From an uncultured Candidatus Saccharibacteria bacterium (GTDB lineage Bacteria > Patescibacteriota > WWE3 > UBA101185 > UBA10185): 64,000 bases of DNA. The notes beneath the pieces are model-generated. The model was not told the DNA's origin. It saw nothing but the letters and a program-made list of their open reading frames with translations, and did no database searches. Position 1 is the first letter of the stretch, and every line of letters begins with the position of its first letter. The stretch lies in the NCBI GenBank assembly GCA_964510435.1, contig CAZEBU010000001.1, forward strand, positions 144,791 through 208,790, in the 5' to 3' direction. A program made the position numbers and the translations under genes. Shown one piece after another: positions 1 to 9,125 of the stretch.

Positions 1-35
1 ATATTACTTGTACACACTTCCTGCCCTTACAATAT

Positions 36-683
36 ATGAAGAGCAGGATACTTTTATTTATATTAATATTTGCAGCCTTTGGTCTTTTTTATTCCCAAAT
101 TTCTTATGTCTATGCTCAGGAAGTCCAGGGGAAGGAAACTCTTGCTACTCCCACATTCCCCAATTGTAATAACCCTCAAGGGGCATTAAAAGTCTCCTAT
201 GCTACCGGTATTCACGGAATCCCGGGAAGTGCCAGCACCAACACAGGAAGCGATGCTGTCTACAACCTCTCGGAAATCACTCTAACCCAATGTTTCTGCT
301 CATTAAACGGGGATGGTACACAAACAAATTGGTGGAAAGTCTCCAGTTTGACCATCGAACAAATAGAGTTCTTACTCGCTCAGGGATGGGTTTATATTCC
401 TGATGGCTCTGCATGGGGTTTAGATGAGGATCCATATGTAGCTTTTAATAGTAGATATGCGTGCGAAGAAGATGATGACGGTGATGACAACGACGAAAAC
501 GAAAATGATGATAGCGATCACGACAAAAAAGACAAGAAAAAAATGGGCTCCGTGCTAGGCATAGGAGGGCAGGTACTTGGTTTAGCTACTACAGGAAATA
601 TCTCTAGTCTTTATCTTTTTCTTGGGACAGGCGTGACATCTGCTGTGCTTTTATCCATCCTGCTAATTAAAAAGGAAAAGTGA
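36..683 (+). CDS. Secreted acidic protein with C-terminal sortase sorting signal (LATTG + hydrophobic stretch + KKEK tail); probable sortase substrate
   Basis: N-terminal signal peptide (MKSRILLFILIFAAFGLF). D/E/N-rich run (EEDDDGDDNDENENDDSDHD). C-terminus is GLATTGNISSLYLFLGTGVTSAVLLSILLIKKEK, i.e. an LAXTG-type motif, a hydrophobic segment and a basic tail. A sortase gene follows directly with a 4-nt overlap. Confidence 0.6.
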   Translation: MKSRILLFILIFAAFGLFYSQISYVYAQEVQGKETLATPTFPNCNNPQGALKVSYATGIHGIPGSASTNTGSDAVYNLSEITLTQCFCSLNGDGTQTNWWKVSSLTIEQIEFLLAQGWVYIPDGSAWGLDEDPYVAFNSRYACEEDDDGDDNDENENDDSDHDKKDKKKMGSVLGIGGQVLGLATTGNISSLYLFLGTGVTSAVLLSILLIKKEK

Positions 684-1219
684 AATTAAAACTCATCACT
701 ATACTACTGATAGTCATTACTCTGGTTTCTTTCTATGAAGTTGTAGTTATTTATCATAAGCGCCATCGGGATCTAAGCAGTAATTATGTGCAGGTGGAAG
801 CCGGCACCCTCACGCCCGTGCGTTTTGTCATCAAAGATCTAAACATTAACTTATCTGTTTACGAGTCTGAGATCTTCGAAGGAGAATGGCAAGATTCTGA
901 GGAGGGAATTTCCTACTTAAAAACCTCACCTCTACCCGGTGATGAAGGAAACAGCATTATGTACGGACACAATTGGGAAAATATATTGGGAAATCTGAAA
1001 GACATTCAGCAAGATGCTGAAATAGAAATCACCTTCAGCGACGGGGAATCCAGGATATTTAAACTACAAGACAAGTTTGAGGTCACTGCTGACCAAACAC
1101 ATATACTTTCTAACAGCGACTATCCTAAACTCACTATTTACACTTGCGATGACTTCCTGGATTCTAAAAGGCTTGTGGTGACAGCTGTTCCCAAGGATGC
1201 ATTACTGGGTAACCTGTAG
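680..1219 (+). CDS. Sortase (transpeptidase), possibly class E-like given the LAXTG substrate
   Basis: N-terminal TM anchor. His motif MYGHNW, catalytic TLxTC-like LTIYTCDDF, and a downstream conserved Arg (KRLVVTAV). Translationally coupled to the upstream LATTG protein. Confidence 0.75.
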   Translation: MKLKLITILLIVITLVSFYEVVVIYHKRHRDLSSNYVQVEAGTLTPVRFVIKDLNINLSVYESEIFEGEWQDSEEGISYLKTSPLPGDEGNSIMYGHNWENILGNLKDIQQDAEIEITFSDGESRIFKLQDKFEVTADQTHILSNSDYPKLTIYTCDDFLDSKRLVVTAVPKDALLGNL

Positions 1220-1306
1220 TAGTGGTGGTTAACTAGCCTGTAGTAATGGGGTTTTGGCTTAAAGATGGGTAAATACCACATTTTCCGATAAACGAAGGTG
1301 CGCTTA

Positions 1307-1335
1307 TTGACAAAGAGGAGGAGGTACTATAGTAT
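1307..1335 (+). promoter_or_regulatory. Putative sigma70-like promoter upstream of the TasA-like gene array
   Basis: TTGACA at 1307-1312, followed by TATAGT/TAGTAT-like -10 candidates at 1328-1335 with a 15-17 nt spacer, in an AT-rich intergenic region. Downstream gene has a strong SD (AAGGAGGTG at 1515-1523) 7 nt before a TTG start at 1531. Confidence 0.3.
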
Positions 1336-1530
1336 TTTTTTATTGCTTAGATTTCATATCTTTGTAATATAAATTCCGAGACTATATGAATAGAATGAAT
1401 AGAAAGTTTTCCTGCCGAGGCAAGAAAAACTAAATAGCCTTAGCAAGTATATGTCGGCAAATTGCTGGCATTTTTTGTCTCTGAAGATTGTAATTTGGAA
1501 AATTAAAATATTTTAAGGAGGTGAAGTTTC

Positions 1531-2826
1531 TTGAAAGTTAATAGAAAAATCTTGAGAAGTGCACTGATCATTACTGTGGCGTCCTTGGCAATAGTAGCTG
1601 GAGGTTCTACAGCATTTTTTAGTGATACTGAAACTTCCACTGATAACGTATTGCAAGCGGGTGCGATTGATCTAAGGATTGATAACAACAGCTACTATAA
1701 CGGCGAACGTTCCACAGAAACTTCTTGGAGACTTGCTGACCTTACAGATCAACTATTCTTCAATTTTTATGACCTAAAACCAGGCGACTGGGGTGAAGAC
1801 ACCATTAGCGCACACATTACCAACAATGATGCTTGGTTGTGCATGGATATAACCGTCACAGATACGCCTGACAATGGTCTAACCGAACCGGAATCAGAAG
1901 TTGATGACACCCCGGAAGTAGGCGAGCTACAAAATTACCTCAAGTTTGTCTTCTGGGCTGACGATGGCGACAACGTCCTGGAAGAAGATGAGGTAGAGGG
2001 AATAATTGCCAACAATGTTCCTCTAAGTGAGATAGGAACAGTAGCGTTAGCTGACTCCGAATACAATATTTGGTCTCAGGAACCTAACGATCCCCTAGAG
2101 GGAGGCGAAAGAAACGAGCCTGTGTACTACGTTGGTAAGGCATGGTGTTTTGGTGATTTGACGTTAAATCCCGTTGCACCAGGCGATAATAGTCCGTTAG
2201 ACGACCCTGGTATCTTATGCGACGGAAGAACCGCCGGCAACGAATCTCAGACGGATGCTGTCTGGGCTGATGTTTCTTTCACAGCTGTACAGGCCAGGCA
2301 CAACGGCTCCTATAAATGTGTTGGCTGCGAAGTATCCGGAGACGGGTGGGCTAGCAGTGTCTATGACTCAACACAGGGTCTAAGGAAAAACGGCACAGCA
2401 GTGCCGGTAGGCAGATCTGATCCTACTGAGGCATTAGGTGCTCCGGATGGAGTATTCTACAGCCTGGGATACGGTGGTGAACTAGTGGTTACTTTCCCCG
2501 GCTATATCACCGGGAACGTAACTGCAGTTGAGGTTACCTTCGGACGAGCAGGCTATCCCGAAGAATTGGCTGACGTATCGGTCAGCGAAGACGGATCAAA
2601 CTGGTGCGACGTGGGTACCGCTTCGAACAAGGACACTAATGGAATATCAACCTTTGACGTATCCGGCTGCGGTCTTTCGGACATTGGATATGTCAGGTTA
2701 GTAGATGCTTCAGATCCGGATCTGCATAATACTACATCCGACGGATATGATTTGGATGCTGTTGGTGCAGTAATTTGTTTAGATGAACTAGAAAATAATG
2801 TTCGTTTCCAAACAGATATCGACTAG
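1531..2826 (+). CDS. TasA/camelysin-like (peptidase M73-like fold) secreted fibre protein with a SipW-cognate-type signal peptide
   Basis: N-terminus ...GGSTAFFSDTETSTDNVLQAGAIDLRIDN... and LKPGDWGED resemble the B. subtilis TasA mature N-terminus (AFNDIKSKDATFASGTLDLSAKEN...LKPGDKLTKDF). TTG start preceded by a strong SD. Tandem paralog of the next gene. Confidence 0.7.
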   Translation: MKVNRKILRSALIITVASLAIVAGGSTAFFSDTETSTDNVLQAGAIDLRIDNNSYYNGERSTETSWRLADLTDQLFFNFYDLKPGDWGEDTISAHITNNDAWLCMDITVTDTPDNGLTEPESEVDDTPEVGELQNYLKFVFWADDGDNVLEEDEVEGIIANNVPLSEIGTVALADSEYNIWSQEPNDPLEGGERNEPVYYVGKAWCFGDLTLNPVAPGDNSPLDDPGILCDGRTAGNESQTDAVWADVSFTAVQARHNGSYKCVGCEVSGDGWASSVYDSTQGLRKNGTAVPVGRSDPTEALGAPDGVFYSLGYGGELVVTFPGYITGNVTAVEVTFGRAGYPEELADVSVSEDGSNWCDVGTASNKDTNGISTFDVSGCGLSDIGYVRLVDASDPDLHNTTSDGYDLDAVGAVICLDELENNVRFQTDID

Positions 2827-2873
2827 AAAAAATTAGCAAATAAATTTAAGTAATTTTTAAGGGGGTGAACTAA

Positions 2874-4247
2874 ATGAATAGAACTAAAAGAATACTACTT
2901 AGCTTAGTACTGGTAGGTGCAGTGGCTGCGTTAGTTGGTCTAGGTTCTGCCGCTTTCTTTAGCGATACAGAAACCTCAACTGATAACGTTTTTCAAGCCG
3001 GTGAGATAGACTTGAAGATAGATAATGAAAGTTACTACAACGGAAGGTTCTCTGAACGAACAAGCTGGAAGTTAACAGATCTTACTGTCGAAAAGTTCTT
3101 CGACTTCTTTGATCTCAAACCTGGTGACTGGGGTGAAGATACTATTTCACTTCACGTAACTTCCAATCCCGCATGGGTTTGTGCCAATGTTGAACTTACT
3201 TCTAATCCTGAAAACGGAATCCTAGACCCAGAGGCTGAGGCAGGTGATACTTCCTCAGGCCCATGGAGAGGTGAGCTAGCCCAAGAATTGAAGTTTATCT
3301 TCTGGGCTGACGATGGAGACAACGTTTGGGAATGTTTAGAAAGAGACCAAACACCTAAAAGAGGGAACAGGGCACTTTGGGCTCAAGTTGGGGATAGACT
3401 CTGTGAACGACCTCTCTTAAGAGGTGTCCCGGCACAATTATTCCCGCAAGGGCAAGGTGGAACCACCTTCCCGATAGCAGATGCTTCAAGAGAAGCGCCA
3501 TTCAATAATCCTATGCAACCGGATCACACTTACTTCATTGGTAAGTATTGGTGTTTCGGTGAAATGGGTCTGGATCCGGTACTGTGGGATCAGGGGGAAA
3601 ATCCAACAGTACGTACAGGCTTTACTTGCGACGGCGAACCTGTAGGCAATCTCTCTCAAGGTGATGGTCTTACTGCAGACATTTCTTTCAAAGCTGTACA
3701 GGCCAGACATAACGAGGAGTTTGTTTGCGATTCAGGAATGACTATGGACCTGGAAAACAAAGATGGGAATTGGTCCGTTATAGACGACGATACCTGGGGA
3801 ACATTCTCCTACTACAGTGGAGAGGATACCTTCCACGGCTCAGTTTACGGACAAGGTTTAGAATCTGATGCTCTGTATCAGATCACACTAAACGGTCCCG
3901 GGCCTTGTACAACAACAGATGGTTATTTAGCCGGGTTTGGCAGTAACCTGTTCGAAAGTGGCTATTGGAATAATTGGGCTCCAGGTTTGGCTCCCACTTG
4001 TACTGGTAGTCCAGGCGAAGGTATATATAACATGAACTTAATCGACGATCATTACACCGTCATAACTGATGGCAGTGGAAAGTTCACTTACCCATTTGAT
4101 TTGTCACTTCCTTCTGGAACCTATACGGGTGTGAAGGTATTGGTAAAGAAAATGTTGGATACGCACGTATCGCCTTGGGTAGACAACTCAACCGAGCATA
4201 CAACTAACTTGTTTGAGACAGCCCCTGTCTCGTTTACTGTTAATTAG
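2874..4247 (+). CDS. TasA/camelysin-like paralog with SipW-cognate-type signal peptide and a divergent C-terminal half
   Basis: N-terminal 200 aa are nearly collinear with the previous gene: AAFFSDTETSTDNVFQAGEIDLKIDNESYYNG, FFDLKPGDWGEDTISLHVTSN, LKFIFWADDGDNV, FKAVQARHN. SD AAGGGGGTG lies before the ATG. The C-terminal ~200 aa are unrelated to the paralog. Confidence 0.7.
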   Translation: MNRTKRILLSLVLVGAVAALVGLGSAAFFSDTETSTDNVFQAGEIDLKIDNESYYNGRFSERTSWKLTDLTVEKFFDFFDLKPGDWGEDTISLHVTSNPAWVCANVELTSNPENGILDPEAEAGDTSSGPWRGELAQELKFIFWADDGDNVWECLERDQTPKRGNRALWAQVGDRLCERPLLRGVPAQLFPQGQGGTTFPIADASREAPFNNPMQPDHTYFIGKYWCFGEMGLDPVLWDQGENPTVRTGFTCDGEPVGNLSQGDGLTADISFKAVQARHNEEFVCDSGMTMDLENKDGNWSVIDDDTWGTFSYYSGEDTFHGSVYGQGLESDALYQITLNGPGPCTTTDGYLAGFGSNLFESGYWNNWAPGLAPTCTGSPGEGIYNMNLIDDHYTVITDGSGKFTYPFDLSLPSGTYTGVKVLVKKMLDTHVSPWVDNSTEHTTNLFETAPVSFTVN

Positions 4248-4350
4248 TAAATGAGAAACAAAGTGGTGCTCAACACCTTTTAGGCAGGCTCAGCCACCTA
4301 CCGCCAACCGGGTAAACCTGTTGGCAAACTGGCTGAGCAGGCCTATAAAG

Positions 4351-5046
4351 ATGGTTAAGAAGAAAAGTAAAAAGAAAAAAGAGCAAAGTAGACTTGCCAT
4401 ATCTGCTGATTTGTTTCAGTGGGTAGTTGTATTCCTGCTGGTATTTACATCAGCCTCCTTAGTACTTTCAAATTTTGATACACCTTTAAGGTTTAGGGTT
4501 TTTAGCATCAATTCGGGGTCTATGAAACCAGCCGTCAAATTGGGCGACCTGGTCTTTGTTTTTCCTAGGGACCGCTATTATGAAAATGAGATCATCTCTT
4601 TTTCCGGTCGAGCAAATTTACGGCAGGTCACCACCCATAGGATTTTTTCCGTGAGCGATGACAGGGATCTTGACCGAATATCTTATGTTACTAAGGGGGA
4701 TGCCAATGAAGACCCGGACAGCGGGTTTATCTTGCATGATCGGGTGATAGGCAAAGTGGTTTTCAAGCTGCCGTTGTTAGGTTTTTTAGTAGCTTTTGCC
4801 AAGACGCGTGCCGGTTTTACCTTGTTAGTGGTCATTCCGGCAACCATTCTCGTTTACAGCGAGCTGAGTAGTTTGAGAAAGGAAGTTTCGGGTTTGCTGA
4901 AGAGTCGGAAGAAAGCTAAAGAAAAGGCCGAAAAAGTTAAGATAGCTTCCAAAAAGAAGGAAGAAAAATCATCGACAAAGAAAAGGGCTCTAAAAAATAT
5001 TAAAAAAACTAAGATTAAACGAAAACAATATGAGGACACTAAATAA
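4351..5046 (+). CDS. sipW: Signal peptidase I of the SipW/archaeal-eukaryal type (S26B) with a Lys-rich C-terminal tail
   Basis: SGSMKP (catalytic Ser box), GDLVFV, conserved His in TTHRIF, TKGDANEDP (GDNN-like Asp box), N- and C-terminal TM segments, then a ~50-aa K/E-rich tail. The ORF track starts at a TTG at 4321; the ATG at 4351 (MVKKKSKKKK) is preferred. Confidence 0.75.
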   Translation: MVKKKSKKKKEQSRLAISADLFQWVVVFLLVFTSASLVLSNFDTPLRFRVFSINSGSMKPAVKLGDLVFVFPRDRYYENEIISFSGRANLRQVTTHRIFSVSDDRDLDRISYVTKGDANEDPDSGFILHDRVIGKVVFKLPLLGFLVAFAKTRAGFTLLVVIPATILVYSELSSLRKEVSGLLKSRKKAKEKAEKVKIASKKKEEKSSTKKRALKNIKKTKIKRKQYEDTK

Positions 5047-6952
5047 AAAACAAATTAATAGCGTTTTTTTAAAGATTGTCGCTGCTGCAGTGGTGGGAGC
5101 TCTATTATCCTCAACCACAGCGCACGCTTTCTTTTACGAGGATTCGGAAAGCTCAACTGCCAATGTCTTTTCTTCTACAAGCTTAGATTTAGGCTTGGCT
5201 TCAGACGAGGACAACTTCGAACCTAATGATGGTTGGATACCCGGCAGTTCCGCGGAAAGAATCTTTTTTGTCACCAACGAAGGCGATCTTCCCTTTGTCT
5301 ACGGTCTCAAGTACACCAATGGTGACTCCAACGATCTTTGTGAAAACACTGAACTGCAGGTCATGTATGACGGCGACGAACTCTACAACGACAAGCTGGA
5401 GGACTTTGACATCTTTTACGACTCCGGCGATCCCTTTTTAGATCATATGATGCTGCCGGCGGGACCGGATGAGCACGAATATTACTTTAAAATTTGGCTG
5501 CCTATTGATACGAATGGTGATGCCGCAGATGAAACTTGTAATTTTGATATTGCCGCCTACGCCTGGCAAGAACCATTAGAGCCTTATACCGGATTTTGGG
5601 ATGAAGACTCCTTAAGCAACGAAATAGAATCCGCCGACTGGGAAGGAGACCTAACTTGCAACATCGGTGAAACTGTCTTCATGATCGGCGACGAAGATGA
5701 TCCAATGGAAAATCCGGTTGATGAACTCAACTGGCCAGGTGAATTTGGCGTCTTTCCTGACTTTGCAGATCCGTTTGTAGTGGGTACTAACAATGATAAC
5801 GAATTCCCCTGGAATTCCAATTACGTAAAAGATGAGGCTACAGATTTTGACATTGACTTTTTCTACGCCGGTAAAGACGGGCTGGCCAAATTAACCATTT
5901 CCTGGTCGCCGGGGAGATCAGCCGCCGAACAAAAAGAGGTCTTCTTGGACGGTGACAGCGTGGGCACTACACCCAACAGAACAGGGGTATCTACAGCCGG
6001 TTGGTGGGAAAACATGCCTAGATTTGAAGATGAATTTATCTTCCCGTTATCACAAGGGACGCACACTCTAAACCTAAAGCATCTCAAGGGCGACGGTACT
6101 TTATGGGATTGGGTCGAGCTGGAAATTATTGGCTGCAGTGCAGGGGAAGGTGACGTGATCATTAACGAAATTATGTGGATGGGCTCTGACAGCTCATTCG
6201 AAGATGAATGGGTCGAACTTTACAACGACACAGACCATGATATTAATTTAGACTACTGGACCATTGACAACGCCGGAGACGGTAGCAAGCTTACACTTCC
6301 GGTCGGATCAGTAATTCCTGCCCACAGTTATTATTTAATTTCTAATTTCGCTGCCGACGACGGAGATTCTGCCCTCTCCGACACCAACATCAGCCCTGAC
6401 TATATCACCGGGGATCTTGACTTGGATAATGACGGAGAAACACTTACGCTTAAAGACGCTTTCGAAAATACCGTCGATGAAGCTGACGGTGGTAGTGGCT
6501 GGCCTGCCGGAGAGAACGGGGATGATAAAAAATCCATGGAACGAAACGATGTCCCTTCTACAGGCTGGCACACTTGTACGGATTCCGAATGCAACGACAC
6601 TGATTTCTGGGACAGTGAGGGTGACAATTACGGTACGCCAAAAGCCGAAAATAAATCCGAAAATGATCCTTCGCAGGAGCTTTTGCAGGAAATTTTAGAG
6701 GACATCGGTGAACCGGTACTCGACGTAGTGCCAAATCTGGAAGTTGACCTTTCTGCTGAAGAGGCCGTGGAAGAAACCGTGGAAGATATACCTACACAAG
6801 ATGCCGTTATAAAGGAGGAGGAAACTGTCGAGGGCACAAGCGAAGAGGAAGGCTCACCGGACGGCACACCGCCAACAACCGAACCGGATGAGGAAACCAC
6901 TGTAGAAGAACCTGCTGAAGAGGAAATTACCGAGGAAATAGTCAATGAATAA
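5030..6952 (+). CDS. Secreted protein with SipW-cognate-like signal, a lamin-tail domain (LTD) and an acidic C-terminal tail
   Basis: N-terminus TAHAFFYEDSESSTANVFSSTSLDL resembles the TasA-type signal. GDVIINEIMWMGSDSSFEDEWVELYNDTDHDINLDYWTIDNAGDG matches the LTD pattern (INE...EWIELYN...L.GW). The C-terminus is E/T/P-rich. Overlaps sipW by 17 nt. Confidence 0.6.
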   Translation: MRTLNKKQINSVFLKIVAAAVVGALLSSTTAHAFFYEDSESSTANVFSSTSLDLGLASDEDNFEPNDGWIPGSSAERIFFVTNEGDLPFVYGLKYTNGDSNDLCENTELQVMYDGDELYNDKLEDFDIFYDSGDPFLDHMMLPAGPDEHEYYFKIWLPIDTNGDAADETCNFDIAAYAWQEPLEPYTGFWDEDSLSNEIESADWEGDLTCNIGETVFMIGDEDDPMENPVDELNWPGEFGVFPDFADPFVVGTNNDNEFPWNSNYVKDEATDFDIDFFYAGKDGLAKLTISWSPGRSAAEQKEVFLDGDSVGTTPNRTGVSTAGWWENMPRFEDEFIFPLSQGTHTLNLKHLKGDGTLWDWVELEIIGCSAGEGDVIINEIMWMGSDSSFEDEWVELYNDTDHDINLDYWTIDNAGDGSKLTLPVGSVIPAHSYYLISNFAADDGDSALSDTNISPDYITGDLDLDNDGETLTLKDAFENTVDEADGGSGWPAGENGDDKKSMERNDVPSTGWHTCTDSECNDTDFWDSEGDNYGTPKAENKSENDPSQELLQEILEDIGEPVLDVVPNLEVDLSAEEAVEETVEDIPTQDAVIKEEETVEGTSEEEGSPDGTPPTTEPDEETTVEEPAEEEITEEIVNE

Positions 6953-9125
6953 ATATAACGTCAGCAAAATATTAATAGTGTTTCTCACAGGTCTTTTTTT
7001 TGCACTGGCCGGAAGCAAAGCTTTAGCGATAACGGAAGAAATAACCATTACCTGCAACCCCGGAGACGAAGGCCCCAATAATTGCGCGGTACTGCCTTCC
7101 AACACAGCGCCCCTCTTTGACGAAAACGACTATCCTCTCTTTGATCTAAAACCGGGGGATGAAATTCACCGGGAAATCACTGTGACCAACAATCGAGAAG
7201 AAACTTGCTACTTTACCCTAACGGACGCCACTAAAACCCACGACACGGAAACACCTCCCACCTCGGGAAACTACTTTTCGGATAGATTGGAAACGGAAAT
7301 AACCGACGGTGTTGACACCACTGGTCTGATCTCTTTTGCTACTCTTTTTGGCTTAACGGATATTTACTTGGCCGAACTTGCCCCTTTTGAAACAAAAACA
7401 CTGGATTGGGACGTTTTCTTTGACAAAAACGCCGGCAACGAATACCAGAACGCCCGCTTGGTGTTTGATTTCACCTGGAATTTCAACTGTGGTGAGGAAC
7501 CTCCACAGACTGAGCTTTTCATCGAAAAAACCAATAACAAAATAGGTATAACCCAGTTGCCAGGAGCAGATGTAACTTACACCATTTTTGTAACCGCTTC
7601 CCAATTTTATCCGGTTTTCAACGTTATTGTTCTTGACCTACCGCCAGGAGGATTCACCTATACACCCGGCAGCTGGACAGCGAATTCCAGTGTGAGAGGA
7701 AACATAAAAGGCTTGGGAACTACCACGGAGCCAAGCTACACCTCACCGGGACTCTGGAACCTGGGTGATATGGAAGCTGGAGAGGTAGTTACTCTAACCT
7801 ATGTCACAAACATTAGCTCCTCTCAACAGCCCGGCTTATATAAAGACATTGCCTGGACAGAGGGTACCGCTACTTCAGACCCTACGTCAACTCGAGTCTT
7901 AGGAAATGCAGGTACAGGATTTTTTGTAGGCACTTCAGCCGCAGTTGATATAGAGGATCCCAAGGAAGTACAGGTAGAACCCGAAATAGAAATTATAAAA
8001 ATAGAAGAAGGAGAAGTTTTGGGAGCGGAAATATTGCCAGCCACCGGAGCCAATAACATCTGGGTTTTTATCATTTCCAACCTTTTTGGGATCGGTGTGA
8101 TCCTCACTATCATCGGCTTATATTTAAAGAGACACCGCAAGGGTGCGAGAACAGCCTTGCAGATCTTTGTCTTCCTTGCTGCTGCAGCACTTACCTTCTC
8201 AGCAAACGCTTTTGCCACCGATCTTCTCATTAGGCTTGCGGAGCCGGCAAGTCCCAACAACCTTAATGAGCTGGACCTAAATTTTGTCGCTATGGATGTT
8301 GAAAATAGGGCAGTCACCGTAAAGTGTTTTAAAAAGGGACCAAGCGAAGCAGCATTCTCACAGTTTGGGTCATCTACCATCACTATACCGGGTGGAGATA
8401 CAGGATATTGTGATGTAACCTCATCCGTTCTCTCCGGCATGGGAACTTACAAATTTTACGCTACAGCAGACGCAGGCGGTGATAATAGCACCAGCCAAAC
8501 GGTAACTATTGAACATGACGACGAACGCCCGGGAAAACCTCACAACTTAGACAAAGACAAAAACGGTTCCTGCAAATACGACATCAGCTTTACCACAGAC
8601 TCCGATGGAGGAGACACAGTTAGGGTTGAGGTTTATCGTTCGGATGATAAGGAATTTTACGTCAACGACTCTACAAAAATTAAGGACATCGTAGTTGGCT
8701 CAGACACAGACGTTAGCTTCACAGATGATAGACCAACCTGCGGTAAAACCTACTACTATGCTGTGGCGGCTTTTGACGCGGCGGGAAATCGTTCGAAAAT
8801 ACTCGTCGAAGAATTAGAAAAAGAAAAAATAATTATCAAGACCACTAAGGAAACAGAAATAACATCAGTTTTTGGAGAGATCACGGAGGCTATCGCCCTA
8901 GGAGAAGGTGCCATAACGACTCCAGAGGAAGAAGATACGGAAGAAGTCATCGAGGAGGAGGAGCTAAGTGTGGAAAAAGAGAAGGAAGAGAAGGTTTTAG
9001 GTCTGCAGGAAGTGTCGGAAGAAGAAGGGGCTTTCTCGGAACTACTAAAAATCTTAAAGTGGCCTGTTCTAGTTCTGCTAGTTTTGATAATCTTGCTTTA
9101 TGTTAGAAAGAAACTTAAAAGGTAG
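6945..9125 (+). CDS. Mosaic surface protein: TasA-like N-domain, an internal LPATG sorting signal with a TM segment and basic patch, then a second module with a fibronectin-III-like segment, an acidic tail and a C-terminal TM anchor
   Basis: Signal peptide. LFDLKPGDEIHREITVTNN (TasA-like). EILPATGANNIWVFIISNLFGIGVILTIIGLYLKRHRKG at about aa 360. A second hydrophobic segment follows (ALQIFVFLAAAALTFSANAFA). TCGKTYYYAVAAFDAAGNRS is Fn3-like. The C-terminus is ...WPVLVLLVLIILLYVRKKLKR. Confidence 0.55.
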   Translation: MNKYNVSKILIVFLTGLFFALAGSKALAITEEITITCNPGDEGPNNCAVLPSNTAPLFDENDYPLFDLKPGDEIHREITVTNNREETCYFTLTDATKTHDTETPPTSGNYFSDRLETEITDGVDTTGLISFATLFGLTDIYLAELAPFETKTLDWDVFFDKNAGNEYQNARLVFDFTWNFNCGEEPPQTELFIEKTNNKIGITQLPGADVTYTIFVTASQFYPVFNVIVLDLPPGGFTYTPGSWTANSSVRGNIKGLGTTTEPSYTSPGLWNLGDMEAGEVVTLTYVTNISSSQQPGLYKDIAWTEGTATSDPTSTRVLGNAGTGFFVGTSAAVDIEDPKEVQVEPEIEIIKIEEGEVLGAEILPATGANNIWVFIISNLFGIGVILTIIGLYLKRHRKGARTALQIFVFLAAAALTFSANAFATDLLIRLAEPASPNNLNELDLNFVAMDVENRAVTVKCFKKGPSEAAFSQFGSSTITIPGGDTGYCDVTSSVLSGMGTYKFYATADAGGDNSTSQTVTIEHDDERPGKPHNLDKDKNGSCKYDISFTTDSDGGDTVRVEVYRSDDKEFYVNDSTKIKDIVVGSDTDVSFTDDRPTCGKTYYYAVAAFDAAGNRSKILVEELEKEKIIIKTTKETEITSVFGEITEAIALGEGAITTPEEEDTEEVIEEEELSVEKEKEEKVLGLQEVSEEEGAFSELLKILKWPVLVLLVLIILLYVRKKLKR

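Noticed and set aside
4248-4320. Candidate terminator after the second TasA-like gene (GGTG-CTCAA-CACC then TTTT)
   Set aside because: Only a 4-bp stem, too weak to call. sipW probably continues the operon.
4321-4350. TTG start giving a 10-aa N-terminal extension (MANWLSRPIK) on sipW
   Set aside because: The ATG at 4351 gives the typical short basic N-terminus before the first TM. The upstream TTG has no better ribosome-binding context. Left open but not preferred.
5226-6945. Multiple internal and antisense ORFs (71-105 aa) within the 5030-6952 LTD protein gene
   Set aside because: Overlap a long ORF with clear domain content. Ser/Thr/Pro-rich shadow-frame composition.
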